A stretch of 57,435 bases of DNA, counting the filler, from Dimargaris cristalligena (Eukaryota): assembly GCA_003614675.1 (NCBI GenBank). It is 5 parts of 5 records of this genome, joined end to end, with 100 filler letters (N's around TTAATTAATTAA, not from the genome) between each part and the next. Parts side by side here need not be neighbours in the genome. Positions count along the whole stretch, not along the records: positions 23,046 to 34,460 come from ML003116.1; positions 34,561 to 45,949 come from ML003117.1; 3 more parts are not named here. One strand, written 5' to 3'. The notes below the pieces were generated by a model. The model had not been told where the DNA came from and did no database searches. It saw nothing but the letters and a program-made list of their open reading frames with translations. The position numbers were made by a program, and so were the translations under genes. Below are positions 25,047 through 37,777 of this stretch, piece by piece; position 1 is the first letter of the stretch; each line of letters starts with the position of its first letter.

Positions 25047-25681
25047 ATGTCCTGCACCAGAGTCTTCTTCGACCTCGCCGCCAACGGCAAGATCCTTGGC
25101 GTAAGTAAAATCACCCCTTAATTCCACCTTTCCCCAGCCCCTAGACGGTTGTCCACTTCCCTCAATTCAATATATCTCGATCCGCTCTAACCTCGAACAC
25201 TTATTATTATTGCTTATTACCACCATTGCTATGTTTCTAGCGTGTCACCATGGAACTGCGCAATGACGTCGTCCCCAAGACCGCCGAGAACTTCCGTGCC
25301 CTGTGCACTGGCGAGAAAGGCTTCGGCTACAAGGGTAGCTCTTTCCACCGTGTGATCCCCGACTTCATGTGCCAGGGTGGTGACTTCACCCGCGGCAACG
25401 GTACCGGTGGCAAGTCCATCTACGGTGAGAAGTTCGCCGACGAGAACTTCGAACTGAAGCACACTGGTAAGGGTATCCTCTCCATGGCCAACGCCGGCCC
25501 CAACACCAACGGTTCCCAGTTCTTCATCTGCACCTCCAAGACCGCTTGGCTTGATGGCAAGCACGTCGTTTTCGGCTCCGTCGTCGATGGCTACAACGTC
25601 ATCGATCAGGTCGAGAAGTTCGGCTCCCAGTCTGGCGCCACCAAGGCCAAGATCACCATTGCCGACTGTGGTCAGCTCTAA
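25047..25681 (+). CDS. CPR1: Cyclophilin A peptidyl-prolyl isomerase, 164 aa, exons 25047-25100 and 25241-25681
   Basis: [68 protein letters not shown]...[16 protein letters not shown]...[16 protein letters not shown]...CTAG intron. Strongly C-ending codons. Confidence 0.98.
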
Positions 25682-26367
25682 AGTCCTTCTCCCCTCCCCC
25701 CGCTTTCCAACTCCATTCGCCAAATTAGGTTTTATTTAAAAATATTTACTAATGGCATGGTTTCGGCCCGTTGTCATGGTTTAAATGATACCACCACTCC
25801 TATATGCTTTGCGTGTTTGGTACTAGGCAAAATATAAATAAACATGAAGTTCTTGCCATTCTGTTGAGCCTACTCGTTTTATGTCGTGTTTAGTATTGGT
25901 AGACACTTTCAAATTATGTAATCCATCAGGAGTCACTTCATCGGTTGCTGGTCGCTGTAGCCAAGATTTAGTTTTATTATAGCCATTACAGCTAGATAGG
26001 GAGCCCTCTCCGTTGTGGGGAGAAGAAGCTTCACCGGTGAAATCCAACCTTGTTCCTATGACCATTCGGCCTGACTAAACAGACGGATCTGAGAAAAAGG
26101 GGCCGTTTCTATTAACTAAACAGCGAAGAGGAATCTATGGTATATCCTTAAACAACAGAGCTATATCAGTCACCCCACCTAAAGACTCTCTCCTACTTCA
26201 TTTGTATATTCCAAGCATTCCCCCATTCGCCCTCATTGACCTCCTTCTCAAAAAAGATCAGTAGAATTCCGCCTTAACTTTGATCTCACGCCCCGATTCG
26301 AGTCCACACCGATCCCCTCCAAGTCCAAGTCCCTATTATTTAACCCACTATCTATCATTTTTTCAGC

Positions 26368-26625
26368 ATGACCCGCTCTGTGTGGAAAGGCCCCTACTTC
26401 GTCAATTTTCCCAATCTCAAGCAGGCCATTGAACGCAACATCCCCATCAAGACTGATGTCCGGGCCTGTACGATTTTGCCGTCCTTCGTGGGTGCCAGGT
26501 TCCTGATCCACAATGGTAATAAGTACCTACCCCTCGCCGTTACTGAGGATATGGTGGGCCGTAAACTGGGCGAGTTTGCCCCCACCCGGGGACGCTTTAG
26601 CTACCGCCAGACTAAGAACAAGTAA
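26368..26625 (+). CDS. RSM19: Mitochondrial ribosomal protein uS19m
   Basis: [35 protein letters not shown] (S19 signature). Confidence 0.95.
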   Translation: MTRSVWKGPYFVNFPNLKQAIERNIPIKTDVRACTILPSFVGARFLIHNGNKYLPLAVTEDMVGRKLGEFAPTRGRFSYRQTKNK

Positions 26626-27035
26626 AAGTGGGACACGTTGTCTGCTTTATTCTTGGTACATATGTAGAATTTCGCCGCCTAACTCAACTAGTCTTTATCC
26701 GGTTTAGTGACCAACTGCACACCCATCCACCCTTATTCCACCACCACCGCCACCGCCGCTCACCTCTTCCTCCACGAGCCCATTTTACGCTCTTTCCCAG
26801 TTGACCTTCCAAAATGCACAACTATCCTTTTGTAACGACCACACGCCGAAACTGTTAACTCCAGGTGTTTCTACTTCGTCAATAAATATTCCCCAAATCG
26901 ATTTAGATCACTGATCAATTCATATTTATTTATCTATTTGCATTCCATTGCATGGGTATTATGGTAGATTACAGCAATAAAAGGGGAGTTATGCCAACAG
27001 TTTTTTAGCTTGAAGGTGCCAACATATATATTCCA

Positions 27036-27518
27036 CTAAATCTTGACATCGGGGAATTCGCGTAAGGCTTCCTCATCGGATATTTTCCAACGCGGATGGT
27101 TCACTGATTTTAGCGAAGAATACGGGGTCGTTTTAGTGAGGCTCACGTGGAGTGGGCGTCCGTTGAAGAGGAATCCGTTGAGTTTCTGGACGGCCTTAAT
27201 GGCGTCGGCAGGGGGCATATTAACGAAGGCGTGGCCCATCATGCGGCCTTCCTTCTGGGGCACAGACATACGAAGCACCGTCCCGAACTCTTTAAAGAGG
27301 GTCTCGATTTCGGCGTAGTGGGTGCCCCAGGGTAGGTTCTTGACGTAAATGCCTCGATCTGCAGGGCGAGGGGGGGATACGGGTCTGGATGTGTGGGGTT
27401 TCGGGGGGCTTGATTCGAGAAGAAGGGTGGTGCTGGTGAAGGTGCGGTGGGTGGCTACGGACCGGGTCGCGAGGCGACCAGGCAGGACTGTTAGCCGTGA
27501 CCGGATAAGGGCGAACAT
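27036..27518 (-). CDS. Single-RRM RNA-binding protein with a mitochondrial-type presequence, 160 aa
   Basis: Arg/Ser/Thr-rich, acid-free N-terminus; RNP2 IYVKNL; RNP1-like MGHAFVNM; LNG..FNGRPLHV. Confidence 0.85.
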   Translation of the reverse strand: MFALIRSRLTVLPGRLATRSVATHRTFTSTTLLLESSPPKPHTSRPVSPPRPADRGIYVKNLPWGTHYAEIETLFKEFGTVLRMSVPQKEGRMMGHAFVNMPPADAIKAVQKLNGFLFNGRPLHVSLTKTTPYSSLKSVNHPRWKISDEEALREFPDVKI

Positions 27519-28107
27519 GGCTAATGGTTTTGCAGGCAGAGCTTGAATTGAGAAGGAAACTAAAATGGCCGGTGACGGTTTTGGGTAATTGTAGGCTTAA
27601 AACTAAAAAAAAAAGGGGGACTCTATGTGAATAGGGGCGAATGGGGGAATGCTTTGGTCTTGAAGGTGAGAAACGTTGTCTTGGGCCAATGGTTAAATTC
27701 AATGGGGTGGAAATACGCCAAGCTGGGTTTGTTATTGAGTAGGAGTGATATTCCAGTAGTCGCCGGAGTCATTTGACTCGGGTATGAAGAAGAAGAAAAA
27801 AAGCAGGCATGCATGCACTCCCCCCCCCCCGCACTCACAAAATGGACTTCTGGTTTATTTGAAATCATCTTATCAAGCCGATATTGTCCTGTGGTTCACC
27901 ATTGCCATAAACACGGTCCGTCAGTAATAACCTGAATAGAACTCTGTGGCCTCCCATTTGACTAGCAACATTTATGATTACTACTCTACATCTACGGGAT
28001 TGTTAGCTCGCACATTAAAAATTTACGGCCAGCTTACCATGTATGGCGCGGAATAGGTAAAATGTCTCCGCTACGGCAATTGTTACTCGAACAGTGGCTA
28101 TTTCATA

Positions 28108-28249
28108 ATATGAGTAAAATTCAAACCAGCTGTATAAGGTTTTACACAATATATGTATGGGCGAATGTGTGAGAATAGCTTTTAACCAGTAATGCTGGCC
28201 TCATCCAATGGATTTTTCATTATACAGCCTGAATGAACTTCTCCCATAT
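28108..28249 (-). mobile_element. MITE family B copy 3 (142 bp)
   Basis: Its reverse complement aligns with 18814-18957. Confidence 0.85.
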
Positions 28250-28814
28250 GAATATCGGGGCACCCTTTGTTACGGGTAGGTCTCACATAGCCTTCATGAA
28301 TTCATTAAATTGGGACATGGAAGCCCCACTGGCATTTGCTTGCAGGCAATTTGGTGAGGGGTGCAACCCAAAGGGCAGTTCCGCTTAAATGTGCTTCTGA
28401 GTCAAACATGGGGATATCCAGGGGTTGTTAGAACCAGGAAGGATTATTGCAGTTGTAAATGTGGGTGGGTGGCTCAGTTGAAGAGTCTGTTCTCCTCACC
28501 CAGCTATGGAATTTGGGCTTCCTAGACTAGAACTTCCACTGGCCTGACATGATGGGGGCTATCGGTTGGTGGGGTGCATCTCATATGCCAGTAATACATA
28601 TCCCCCCATCGTCGATTGTGTCTCATGTTGGGTGGGTAAAACGATATTCAGGAAGACATGGTTCCCATCACCCACATAGTAGTGGTAGTCTCCGCTGCAA
28701 CTCCGCCTGGCTACTGTAGTTTCGTATCATTGCACTTATAGCGCCTAGCTCTGCCCCGTTCCCATACACTCTCCTCTCCAAGCCCCCCCTCGTTTTATTC
28801 TATTCCAAAAAAAG

Positions 28815-29576
28815 ATGCGCTTCCCCGAGGTCATCCGAGCCCCTGGCGTCCTGCTCGTCGGCAAGCATTGCTTCTCCGAATTGGCCGAAAACTTCCACCT
28901 GGGCAACACCGAATGCCTTAAGCACGCCCTCTCCAAAGGCCTGGGCTTCGGCATTGTCCTCGGCGGCGCCATTGTCAAGCTCCCGCAGATCTACAAGATC
29001 GTCTCGTCCGGGTCGGTGGAGGGTCTTAATCTCCTGTCCGTCATCCTCGAGTCCCTCTCCATGATCATTTTCGTGTCCTACAACCACCGCGGCCAGTTCC
29101 CTTTTAGTACCTACGGCGAGAGCTTCTTTCTGACCATCCAGAACTTCATTATTCTGCTCCTGCTCTTCGTGTACCGGGGTCAGCCCGCCCGGGCTACGCT
29201 AGGTTCGGCGGTCTTTTTGACGATGCTGTATGCCCTCAATGACCCCAGTTGGGTGGGCCCGGCGGCTTTGGCTACTTTCCAGGCGGCCACCATTCCCATC
29301 TCCTTGATGAGCCGGGTACCCCAGATTCTGACCAACTTCCGCAACGGCCATACCGGTCAGCTGGCGGCCTTTACCGTGCTGAACTCGTTCTTAGGCTGCG
29401 TCGTGCGGGTGTTCACCACCCTGCATGAAGTGAATGATTCGCTAATTCTACTGGGCTTCGTCCTGGCTTCGCTGCTCAACGGTGTCCTTGCTTTCCAGAT
29501 GGTCTACTACTGGAACGCCAAGAGTGGAGATCGCAAGTCCTATGGATTTGACCAGCTGCACAAGAAATCCAAGTAG
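28815..29576 (+). CDS. MPDU1: Mannose-P-dolichol utilization defect 1 homolog (PQ-loop membrane protein), 253 aa
   Basis: CLK..LSKGLG.GIV.GG.IVKLPQIYKI, FPFSTYGE..F..IQN, second PQ loop SRVPQI..NFRNGHTGQL, RVFTT..EV.D, Q..YYW. Confidence 0.93.
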   Translation: MRFPEVIRAPGVLLVGKHCFSELAENFHLGNTECLKHALSKGLGFGIVLGGAIVKLPQIYKIVSSGSVEGLNLLSVILESLSMIIFVSYNHRGQFPFSTYGESFFLTIQNFIILLLLFVYRGQPARATLGSAVFLTMLYALNDPSWVGPAALATFQAATIPISLMSRVPQILTNFRNGHTGQLAAFTVLNSFLGCVVRVFTTLHEVNDSLILLGFVLASLLNGVLAFQMVYYWNAKSGDRKSYGFDQLHKKSK

Positions 29577-30445
29577 GCGAATGTATGCCGGGGGTTTCGC
29601 GTACCCGGCCTGTCATGCGTATTCGTTGTGCATTCATAGTTCATGTAAAGATATATACATGACCTATGTTTACTCTGTTATAGTTTATTAGCACCCGCCC
29701 ATAGTGTAATTGGTTACGGACCACTTAGTTGACCTGCCTTGGACGACCGGTGGCTATTATCACGGTGACCCCGTGGCCGGGGCATTCCTAGTGTGTATTC
29801 GGGGGGTCTGTACCTCCTAAAACAATAAATGAGCGATTATAGCTGCATCTATTCTCATTCATCGACCATTGGGCATTTTCCCGTACCCGCATCTGTACCC
29901 ATAGTAGACGAGCGCGTATCGACTGTTCAATTTAGGTGTGGGCAGCTGACGCTGGCCCCTCAGGGTCGGCTCGCATCGGGTGCCAGGTAAATGCAACCGC
30001 CACACAATAAGCTACTGTATCAATGGGTTTACCTTATCCCACAGCTAGGGGTCAGATTTATGGAACACGGGGCACTGCAAGAGGATCCCATCGGTTCAGT
30101 GGCCAGTAGCCTCGGTGAGGGTCTATCCAATGCATGCGGTTTCGAAGGCGCGAATAGCATTTACTCAGTTAGGGCGCATAGTTTGAAAAATGCGTAAAAC
30201 AGGGTTACGCATTTCCTCCCCTTACCATAATTTTACTGTATCCTACTTTTTGGTGTATTTAAGTAGCGAAAGAGCCCGCACCCACCGCTAACGGCCCTCT
30301 CAGTTAACTTCCCGACATTCAAACCTGTAGTCAGGTATTTATAAATACACTTTTCTATTGACCCATACCATCCCTCCCCTCTTTCCTCCTCGTCTACAGA
30401 ACCGAGCATTTTCGCCCATCACCCACTTCCGCCATCGCCAAGATC

Positions 30446-30715
30446 ATGTCGAGCAACGCAGCCAACCCGTCCCACCGACCCATTTGGACTGTCCTGGTCG
30501 TCCTTTTAGCCTTGTCGGCAGTGTGCGGCCATCCCCTTGCGGCCCTCATGCGCCACAAAAGGGTACACCCCCAGCCATGCGAATCGTGGGGTTGGCGAAC
30601 GGATATCCCCGACAACTGTTTCCCCTCGGTCGCGTCAACCGATCCGACTTGGACCACCAGCGACGGGGATAACTACAGCATCCCCACAGAAACTATTGCT
30701 CGTAGAACTGATTAG
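30446..30715 (+). CDS. Small secreted propeptide, 89 aa, with a KR site and 2 Cys in the predicted mature part
   Basis: TATAAATA at about 30340. Hydrophobic signal segment IWTVLVVLLALSAVCG, then RHKR|VHPQPCESWGWRTDIPDNCFPS... Coding-like GC content against AT-richer flanks. Confidence 0.55.
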   Translation: MSSNAANPSHRPIWTVLVVLLALSAVCGHPLAALMRHKRVHPQPCESWGWRTDIPDNCFPSVASTDPTWTTSDGDNYSIPTETIARRTD

Positions 30716-31901
30716 CGTATGATATATATTCCTAGAGTTATCTGTGCTATGGTGTAATCCATAGCCTGCATCTATAATCCATACTTCGGTTTAACTAGCA
30801 AACTAGGTAGTAGAAAAATGGGGTCGTGGTTTGCGGCAAAAGTTGGTAAGCAAAGGTACATCACCTTCCAACAACTTGGCCTTTTAAGGGCCTAGTGTAA
30901 ATTCGTTAGTGATGTGGGCCCTAATCATAAAGAACCCCCCGCATCGAGGCTTGGCCCATCTAAACTCGGGCGGTGCCCCTTAAATAAAACCAATATTGCT
31001 TCTGATCAAGGGGGAAATAAGCTAGTTGGGTTTAGTTACGTAATGCCTCCATGGCGTATAATAGACTATGTGAGCGAATCAAATCCATTACGTTGTGCTC
31101 ACCAATAAGAAAAAAAGGGGGGCGTTTGCTGGCTGGAATATTTAGAAAATCCAGGTTAGTCTATGTGTCACTTCTCCACAGTCCCTTTCTTAATCCAATT
31201 CAGTAGATATTGAAATGGATTTGACTGGAGGAAATGGACCGCTAAAAACGCAAGACATCACTGATTTTCGTAGGGTGATAAGAATCATACATGTCCGTCG
31301 CTAATAAATGATATTAACAGTCATGTAAGCGGAGCATTCTACTCACGCATGTTAAGACCCTTTTTTGGCCGGTTCATACTGGCTTCTGCAGTAAGTCTGC
31401 CCTACTTTGCCTGGGATCCTCCGACTACCCTGAATAAGGAACTCGAAGGACGGGCCAGCGGAGTGTTTAAAAGCAGCCATATTAGAGGGACCTATTGTGC
31501 TCAATTCGCGTATGTGTGGGTGGGTTTCCGTGTTAGTTCACTACTACTGGCCGGTTTCAGTCCCCGCCCCCCTTCCGTCTCTTCTCCTGGAGCCCAAGGA
31601 CAGACTTGGCTAGATAGAGACTTCCTTCCCCGCTTAGGAGATTCCTTTCGTCGTCCTTCGTTCCTCCCAAGTCCTCCTCCGTAACCTATTCGGCTCAAGT
31701 CAAGTGGCCCCCCTTCCCTAATTCCCCCGCCGCCTGGGTCTACTACCATCCTCCCATTCATTCTTCCCTCCGTTAATTCTTCTAGATTCATTGCCTCCGT
31801 TGAGTCCATCCCGACCTTCCCCCCCTATTTGCCCTATGCTTGTGGGCCATTGACACCACTATTCCCCCCTTTCCTCATACACACACACCACCCCCCTTTC
31901 C

Positions 31902-34460
31902 ATGTTCATCCAGCCCACCAATAGCGAGACCGGCCCCCTCTGGCAGGATATCGTCACCGCCGACGATTTACTAGCCGTTCAGCGGAACTTAACCTACCAA
32001 AAGAGCATCTTCTCCAATGTCCTGGCCACAATCCAGAATGTCCTTGATACCCGCCAACCCCCGTTCCGAATCGTCTTTCGGGCCAGCAAAGTTCCCGAAC
32101 GCATACTAGTGTTGGCCGTGGCGAGCAGTCAGGAGGAGATTGAGAAGGACTGGAAATGGCTCCAGGAACAGGTCATCAAAGTGCTCGGTGTGCTGGACAA
32201 TGAGGAGGAGCGCGAGAACTTTGTCACCACTAAAGTCCGATTTCTCGTTTCCAGTACAAGTGGTAGGTCGTCCTATAAAAAATGCCGTTCATTCCCGGTG
32301 TAATTTCAATACCTTATCCTATCACCAATTCAGGCCATATCGCCTAGCTCTAGTCCAGCGCCTTTTATAATTTGGGTATTCAATTATTGACCAGGCCTCT
32401 TAAATTTACTTCTTGATACCTTTCCTCCACGGCGTACCGCCCATCTAGACGATACCGAGGAAGACACCAACCTTGACCCCAAAGCCGTCGAAGCCATCCG
32501 GGCCTTCCGCCAACTCTTTAAGATGCCCCCATCGGAGCAGCTCGTTAACTACTACGCCTGTGGTTACCATAAATCCCTGATTATTCGGCAGGGCTGGTTG
32601 TATATTAGTGCTAATTACCTCTGCTTCTACGCCTATCTGCTCGGCCACGAGACCAAGCTCTGTCTAGAACTGAAAGACATTGAACACCTGGAAAAAGAGC
32701 GGTCCATGCGGGGCGTGCTGTCCGATGCCATCAAAATTGTCACCAAGGACCAGACCGAATACTTCTTTTCCAATTTTTTCCACCGGGACGAGACGTACGA
32801 TCTCCTAGTGCAACTTACGAATCTGGCCATGGCCCGTGTGCTCAAAAATGCCGCATCCGAATACCATAACAACCAGCAGCGGCAACACGAGAGCTACCAC
32901 CAACCCCAGCAGTCGATTATACTGGAGGATGTCGATGAGGACCTGTCGCCCAATTCGCGGTCAACGACTGCGTCTGATATGGCCCGGGTCGGCTCCGCTA
33001 CCAGTGGGGGTGGTAATCCAACCGTTACCATCGACGAGACCCTCAAAGCCCCCATTCAGACCCAACCAGCGGGATCCAGTCGTCTCAAACTTCAAAAAGA
33101 CCTCGACGACCAAAAGCGAGACCGCAATTTCCAAAACCGCTTCGCGGTCTTCGAGGAGGAACGGGTGCTCGACACCATGACTGGTACCGTGTTCTCCCTC
33201 GCTAACCTAAGTGAAACTTACCACGGGACCGTCTACATTTCCACTTCCTTCTTGGCTTTTGAGTCAAGCGATTACAAGGGGTGCCGCTTCGCCATTCCCC
33301 TCCTGGCCATTCGGCGGGTCGAACGTAACGCCAGTACCGACCCCTTACGGCCCGGGTTTTACTTGGCCGTTACGCTGTGGCACAAAATGGTCCTACAGTT
33401 CCGTATCCGTCGATCGCAGGAGGTGTGCGACCACTGGTGCGTTCTACTCCGGGACCAGCTCAAGGAGTTTTTGCCCCTCATGGGCCAATTACGCCCATTT
33501 CTCCGCCAGTGCCCCTCCGAGGCGGTGCTGCTCAACAAATTGGACCAGTTCAAAGCCCGCTGCTTGGGCCACACCTTCGGCTACCCGGGTCTCATTAAAC
33601 CCCAACGCGAGCGGGCCAAACTCCGCTTCTGGAAAGAGTATTTGGAAACCCACGGGCGCAACCTTACCACCGTTTGTCTTGCCGAGTTCAATCGCTTGGT
33701 TCGTATTGGTCTACCCAACGAGTTACGGGGCGAAATCTGGGAGCTGTGCGCGGGGTCCTTGTATCTGCGTTTCTTCCATACCGGCGAATACGAGGCTCTA
33801 TTACAGGCCAATCACTCCAGCCCCGGCCCCTACGCCGTCGAAATCGAAAAAGACCTTAACCGGTCGCTGCCGGAGTACCCGGCATACCAGAGCAAGGAAG
33901 GTATCAACGCCCTGCGCCGTGTCCTGAATGCCTATTCGTGGAAGGATCCCGAACTGGGCTACTGCCAGGCCATGAATATTGTGGCCTCCGCCCTGCTGAT
34001 TTATCTGGATGAGGAGCAAACCTTTTGGGTTCTCTCCGTCCTATGTGACCGTCTCCTGCCCGGTTACTACAGCACCTCCATGTATGGCGCATCACTGGAC
34101 CAGGCCATCTTTGAACACCTGGTGAACAAGACTATGCCCATCTTGGACGCCCACTTTAAACAGTACGATATCCAGTTGGCTGTCGCCTGCTTGCCCTGGT
34201 TCCTTACGCTCTACATCAATTCCATGCCCCTCGTCTTTGCCTTCCGTGTCCTGGACTGTTTCTTTCTGGAGGGCCCTAAAGTCCTCTTCCAAATTGGCTT
34301 GGCTATCCTGAAAATCACCGGAGGGCAGCTGCTCGAAACGACCGACGATGGCGAGTTCATGAACGTGCTCAAAAACTACTTCGATACCTTGGACGAATTG
34401 GTTCACCCGGAAAGTACCAACCCCCAGACCCGGCAATTGACCAAGTTCCACCAGCTGCTC
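31902..34460 (+). CDS. GYP2: GRAM-GRAM-TBC Rab GTPase-activating protein (Gyp2/Mdr1, TBC1D8/9-like), 3'-truncated; exons 31902-32262 and 32449-34460
   Basis: GRAM motif QGWLYISANYLCFYA; second GRAM HGTVYISTSFLAF; TBC fingers IEKDLNRS (IxxDxxR) and GYCQAMN (YxQ); WFLTLYI. A phase-1 GTAGGT...CTAG intron restores the frame. Confidence 0.93.
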
Positions 34461-34560
34461 NNNNNNNNNNNNNNNNNNNNNNNNNNNNNNNNNNNNNNNN
34501 NNNNTTAATTAATTAANNNNNNNNNNNNNNNNNNNNNNNNNNNNNNNNNNNNNNNNNNNN
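34461..34560. other. Artificial contig spacer
   Basis: N44-TTAATTAATTAA-N44. Confidence 0.99.
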
Positions 34561-35494
34561 GACGGGCCAATCACAGAGATGGAATCAGTGGGACGGGGGA
34601 AATGAATTTCCAACATGTTCAGCATGTATAATAGCCAATGTTCTATACAGTCCATATCATAAACGACATTTTGGTACTTATATTTGCATATTTTGTGCTC
34701 ATTCTGTCTATTATAGTGTATTTTCAGAACTCCCTTGCCATTAGTAACTTTATCTCCTCAACAATATCGGCAGCTGACAGCCCCAGGCCAGCATGAGATA
34801 TATTGTTGTTGTGGTCGCAATTAATACCACGAGGTAATATAGCCTGATAGCCTTATCAGGACAGATTGGAGCAGTGACAGCCCTGTGGTAAAACTAGATA
34901 ACGATGGGAAAACACACACTCAGCGGGGACAATTCTTATCTGATCTTCAGATAAGGATAACTAGGCAACCAGGGATCACTCAGGGATCCTTCTTGTACAC
35001 GGCAGATAAGGAACAATGAATGGGCTTGGGCTAAATGACGACGTGGATAGAACAAGACGGGGGATCGAAATAAAACTTAATGATATAAAAACTGCTTGTA
35101 TTTATCAAGAGAATACCCAACGGGTATTTATATAAAATGGGGTTAATGTAAATAAAATATAATGTAGTGATCTACTGGTGCTACTATAGTACTAGGATAG
35201 TACATAGAATAATGAAGGTCGCTAATGTTGGCGGGTTTGGAGTACAAAGGCTGGGGATATGCCCCAGGCTTCTATAGCTAAGAAATCCTCGAACTAAGAA
35301 TAACAACTATGAATATCAAATAAGGAATAATGAATAATGGAAAGTGGCCTAAGCCACCAAATGATCTATACTGATGGGAAAAGATGAAGACTGATCTTCG
35401 GTAAAGTTCTTCATCTTTTCTGAACTAAAAATAGTTTTGCCGGGATACGATACTAAAGAATTATTAGGCCCGGGCACAACATCGTATATATAGC

Positions 35495-35711
35495 TGTTGA
35501 AAAATATGCCCTGATGGTCTTTTATCCAATCTCATTTCCACCAATTACTTTAGTTTATACAGTTAAATTGTGATCACTCGTATTAACCACTTATAACTCG
35601 CACTACCGATTATACTGTTCAATAAAACTAGCCACCTGGAGGCACTTACCACCCTCTAGCTGCTTCCTTCCTTTACTTCCCGTTTTATTGATTCGTTTTT
35701 ATATTCCAACA
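35495..35711 (+). mobile_element. Solo LTR, family A copy 2
   Basis: TGTTG...CAACA inverted termini with an internal AATAAA. Homologous to 2881-3104. Confidence 0.75.
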
Positions 35712-37777
35712 ATTACCACTAGGAGTAATACCGATAGACTGCACTATAGAACTATTCAGCTATTATAGAAGGTTGCCTTATTATCGGAAATTGGAATATC
35801 CGAATACATAGCTTAATAGCTTGTACGTAAAGACAAGCCAGTCATTGGTATATTGGACAAGTCATACACGTTCCCACCTTTTCAATAGCGAACTAGTTCG
35901 CCACATACCCTCCTTACCCCAAAATAAAGAATTTTCCTGACAATAGCAATCTTCAAATAAAGTGAAAGCATCCCACCGTATATACACCCCATGGGGAAGG
36001 GTGCCTCTTATTAACGGGACAGTGTCTACATGGGTGGTGGACTAAACACAGGAGGGGGGTGACCATACAGTGAGTCGCCCATTGGGTCAATCCGCAAAAA
36101 CCCTCTACTGGCCACCAAGAGTCGCCCACACTTCCGGCAGTGTCCCCTATATTCCAAGATAAAGTAATTATGTCCATTATATATCTTGGACCTTCACAGC
36201 TTTTCTTTACTTAGGGCTTGTGGCGCTTTGTTGGTGAACCTTTGATCCCACCCAACACAAAGCCGTCGCATCCAGATTAGGAGTTAAATAAATGGCTGGG
36301 CAAGTAAGAGTACCGTGGAAGTATAGAGCCGCTGAACAGCTCACGATCAAGCTATAGTGCCCAGCCCTCAGCCTAGGTGGTGGGCATTGCAATGGATTCA
36401 GCGACTGTCGCTTATTTCAGCCAATACCGGCCGATGAAGCTGAGGTATGCTGAATACTGAGAAAAATTCACCACCCTCGGACACTATCAAACTCGTCCAA
36501 TAAAAGAACAATTTGGTTGAAAAACCTTGTTATGTAGATTTATGTCGTTAGTTTAAATTATGACGTGGACATTGTAATATAAATATGGGTGTTTAACAAG
36601 TATTTAATTGGAGAACTCTCGATTGCAACAGTTGTGACTGAAAGAGTCAAAAGAAATATATTACAACGAAATAATGTAATATTTTTTTACGCTATATATA
36701 TACATATAACCAAATTTTTATTGCGGTAGGATTATGAACTTGTAAAAAAGTTGGTATGGCAGTGAACGAAACACTATTGCCTATGCCCACCCCCACATAT
36801 CTTGTTTCCTTCAATCCGGCTAGCAGCCATACCACGGCCAGTCGGGGGATGCCACCACCTGCTCCACAGCACCCTGAAAAGGTGCCTGCCATTTCCACTT
36901 GTGTACCTAAGTCTAGTGCCATGAAACTGGAACCCAGCGGTAATACATGTAAATGAGAGGGTGAGGGGGGATTGCCCATGAGTTGGCCGTTTGTCCATCC
37001 TCGAGAACTATCAACGATGGCCAAACAGGAGAAATGATGTTCAATCCTCGTAATATTCAGGTTGCGTCCTCTTCTCGTACTATCTTCCATTGATAATATA
37101 CGAGGATCTATTGCCTTTCTATTCTTCGTTTTAACACCCCACATGTCTTTAACATCAATTTGAACAATGGGGTGAATACTAATAAGCATGGCGATCGCGT
37201 TGACCGCGAGAAAGTCGGATCTCTTTCCAGCGAATAGGATATGGTGGCCCTCCAACTTACACTTGAGCATGGGCGAAACTTAGCATAGCCGCATATGCAT
37301 TTAAGTAAAATGAAAATATGATAATCGACAAGAAATTTATGTTCAACCTATAAAGCCTTTTTTTAAATCGGAGTTTCGTATTTCCGCAGAATTGGACCGA
37401 TCCATAAAATATTCTTTGTATTGGCGGAACAGTGGCAACGCACACAGAAGTAGTGGGTTTGCTCACCGTGTACCCAGCGAACAGGGGTAAGCTGGCCCGT
37501 GTAAACGGGAAAAGAGTTTTGCTAAGTTCACTGCTGTAGCCGGAACGAGATGATGGGCACCTCGTCATATATATAAAGCATGTGGTGACCACCCTACCTC
37601 CATACTATCATATCACCAACCAACTCTTCATTTCTTCTATATTCATCTATCAACAACCCCCCTCACTTGTACTCCCATCGGTTTCATTACTTGACAGATC
37701 ATTATACCAATCCCACTGTGACCGACTTCACCCTCATTTTTCCCCATCCCATCTCATACTTTCACGTTCATTCGAAA

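Noticed and set aside
36692..37270. 192-aa minus-strand ORF
   Set aside because: No recognisable domain or codon bias, and it overlaps equally unconvincing ORFs on both strands.
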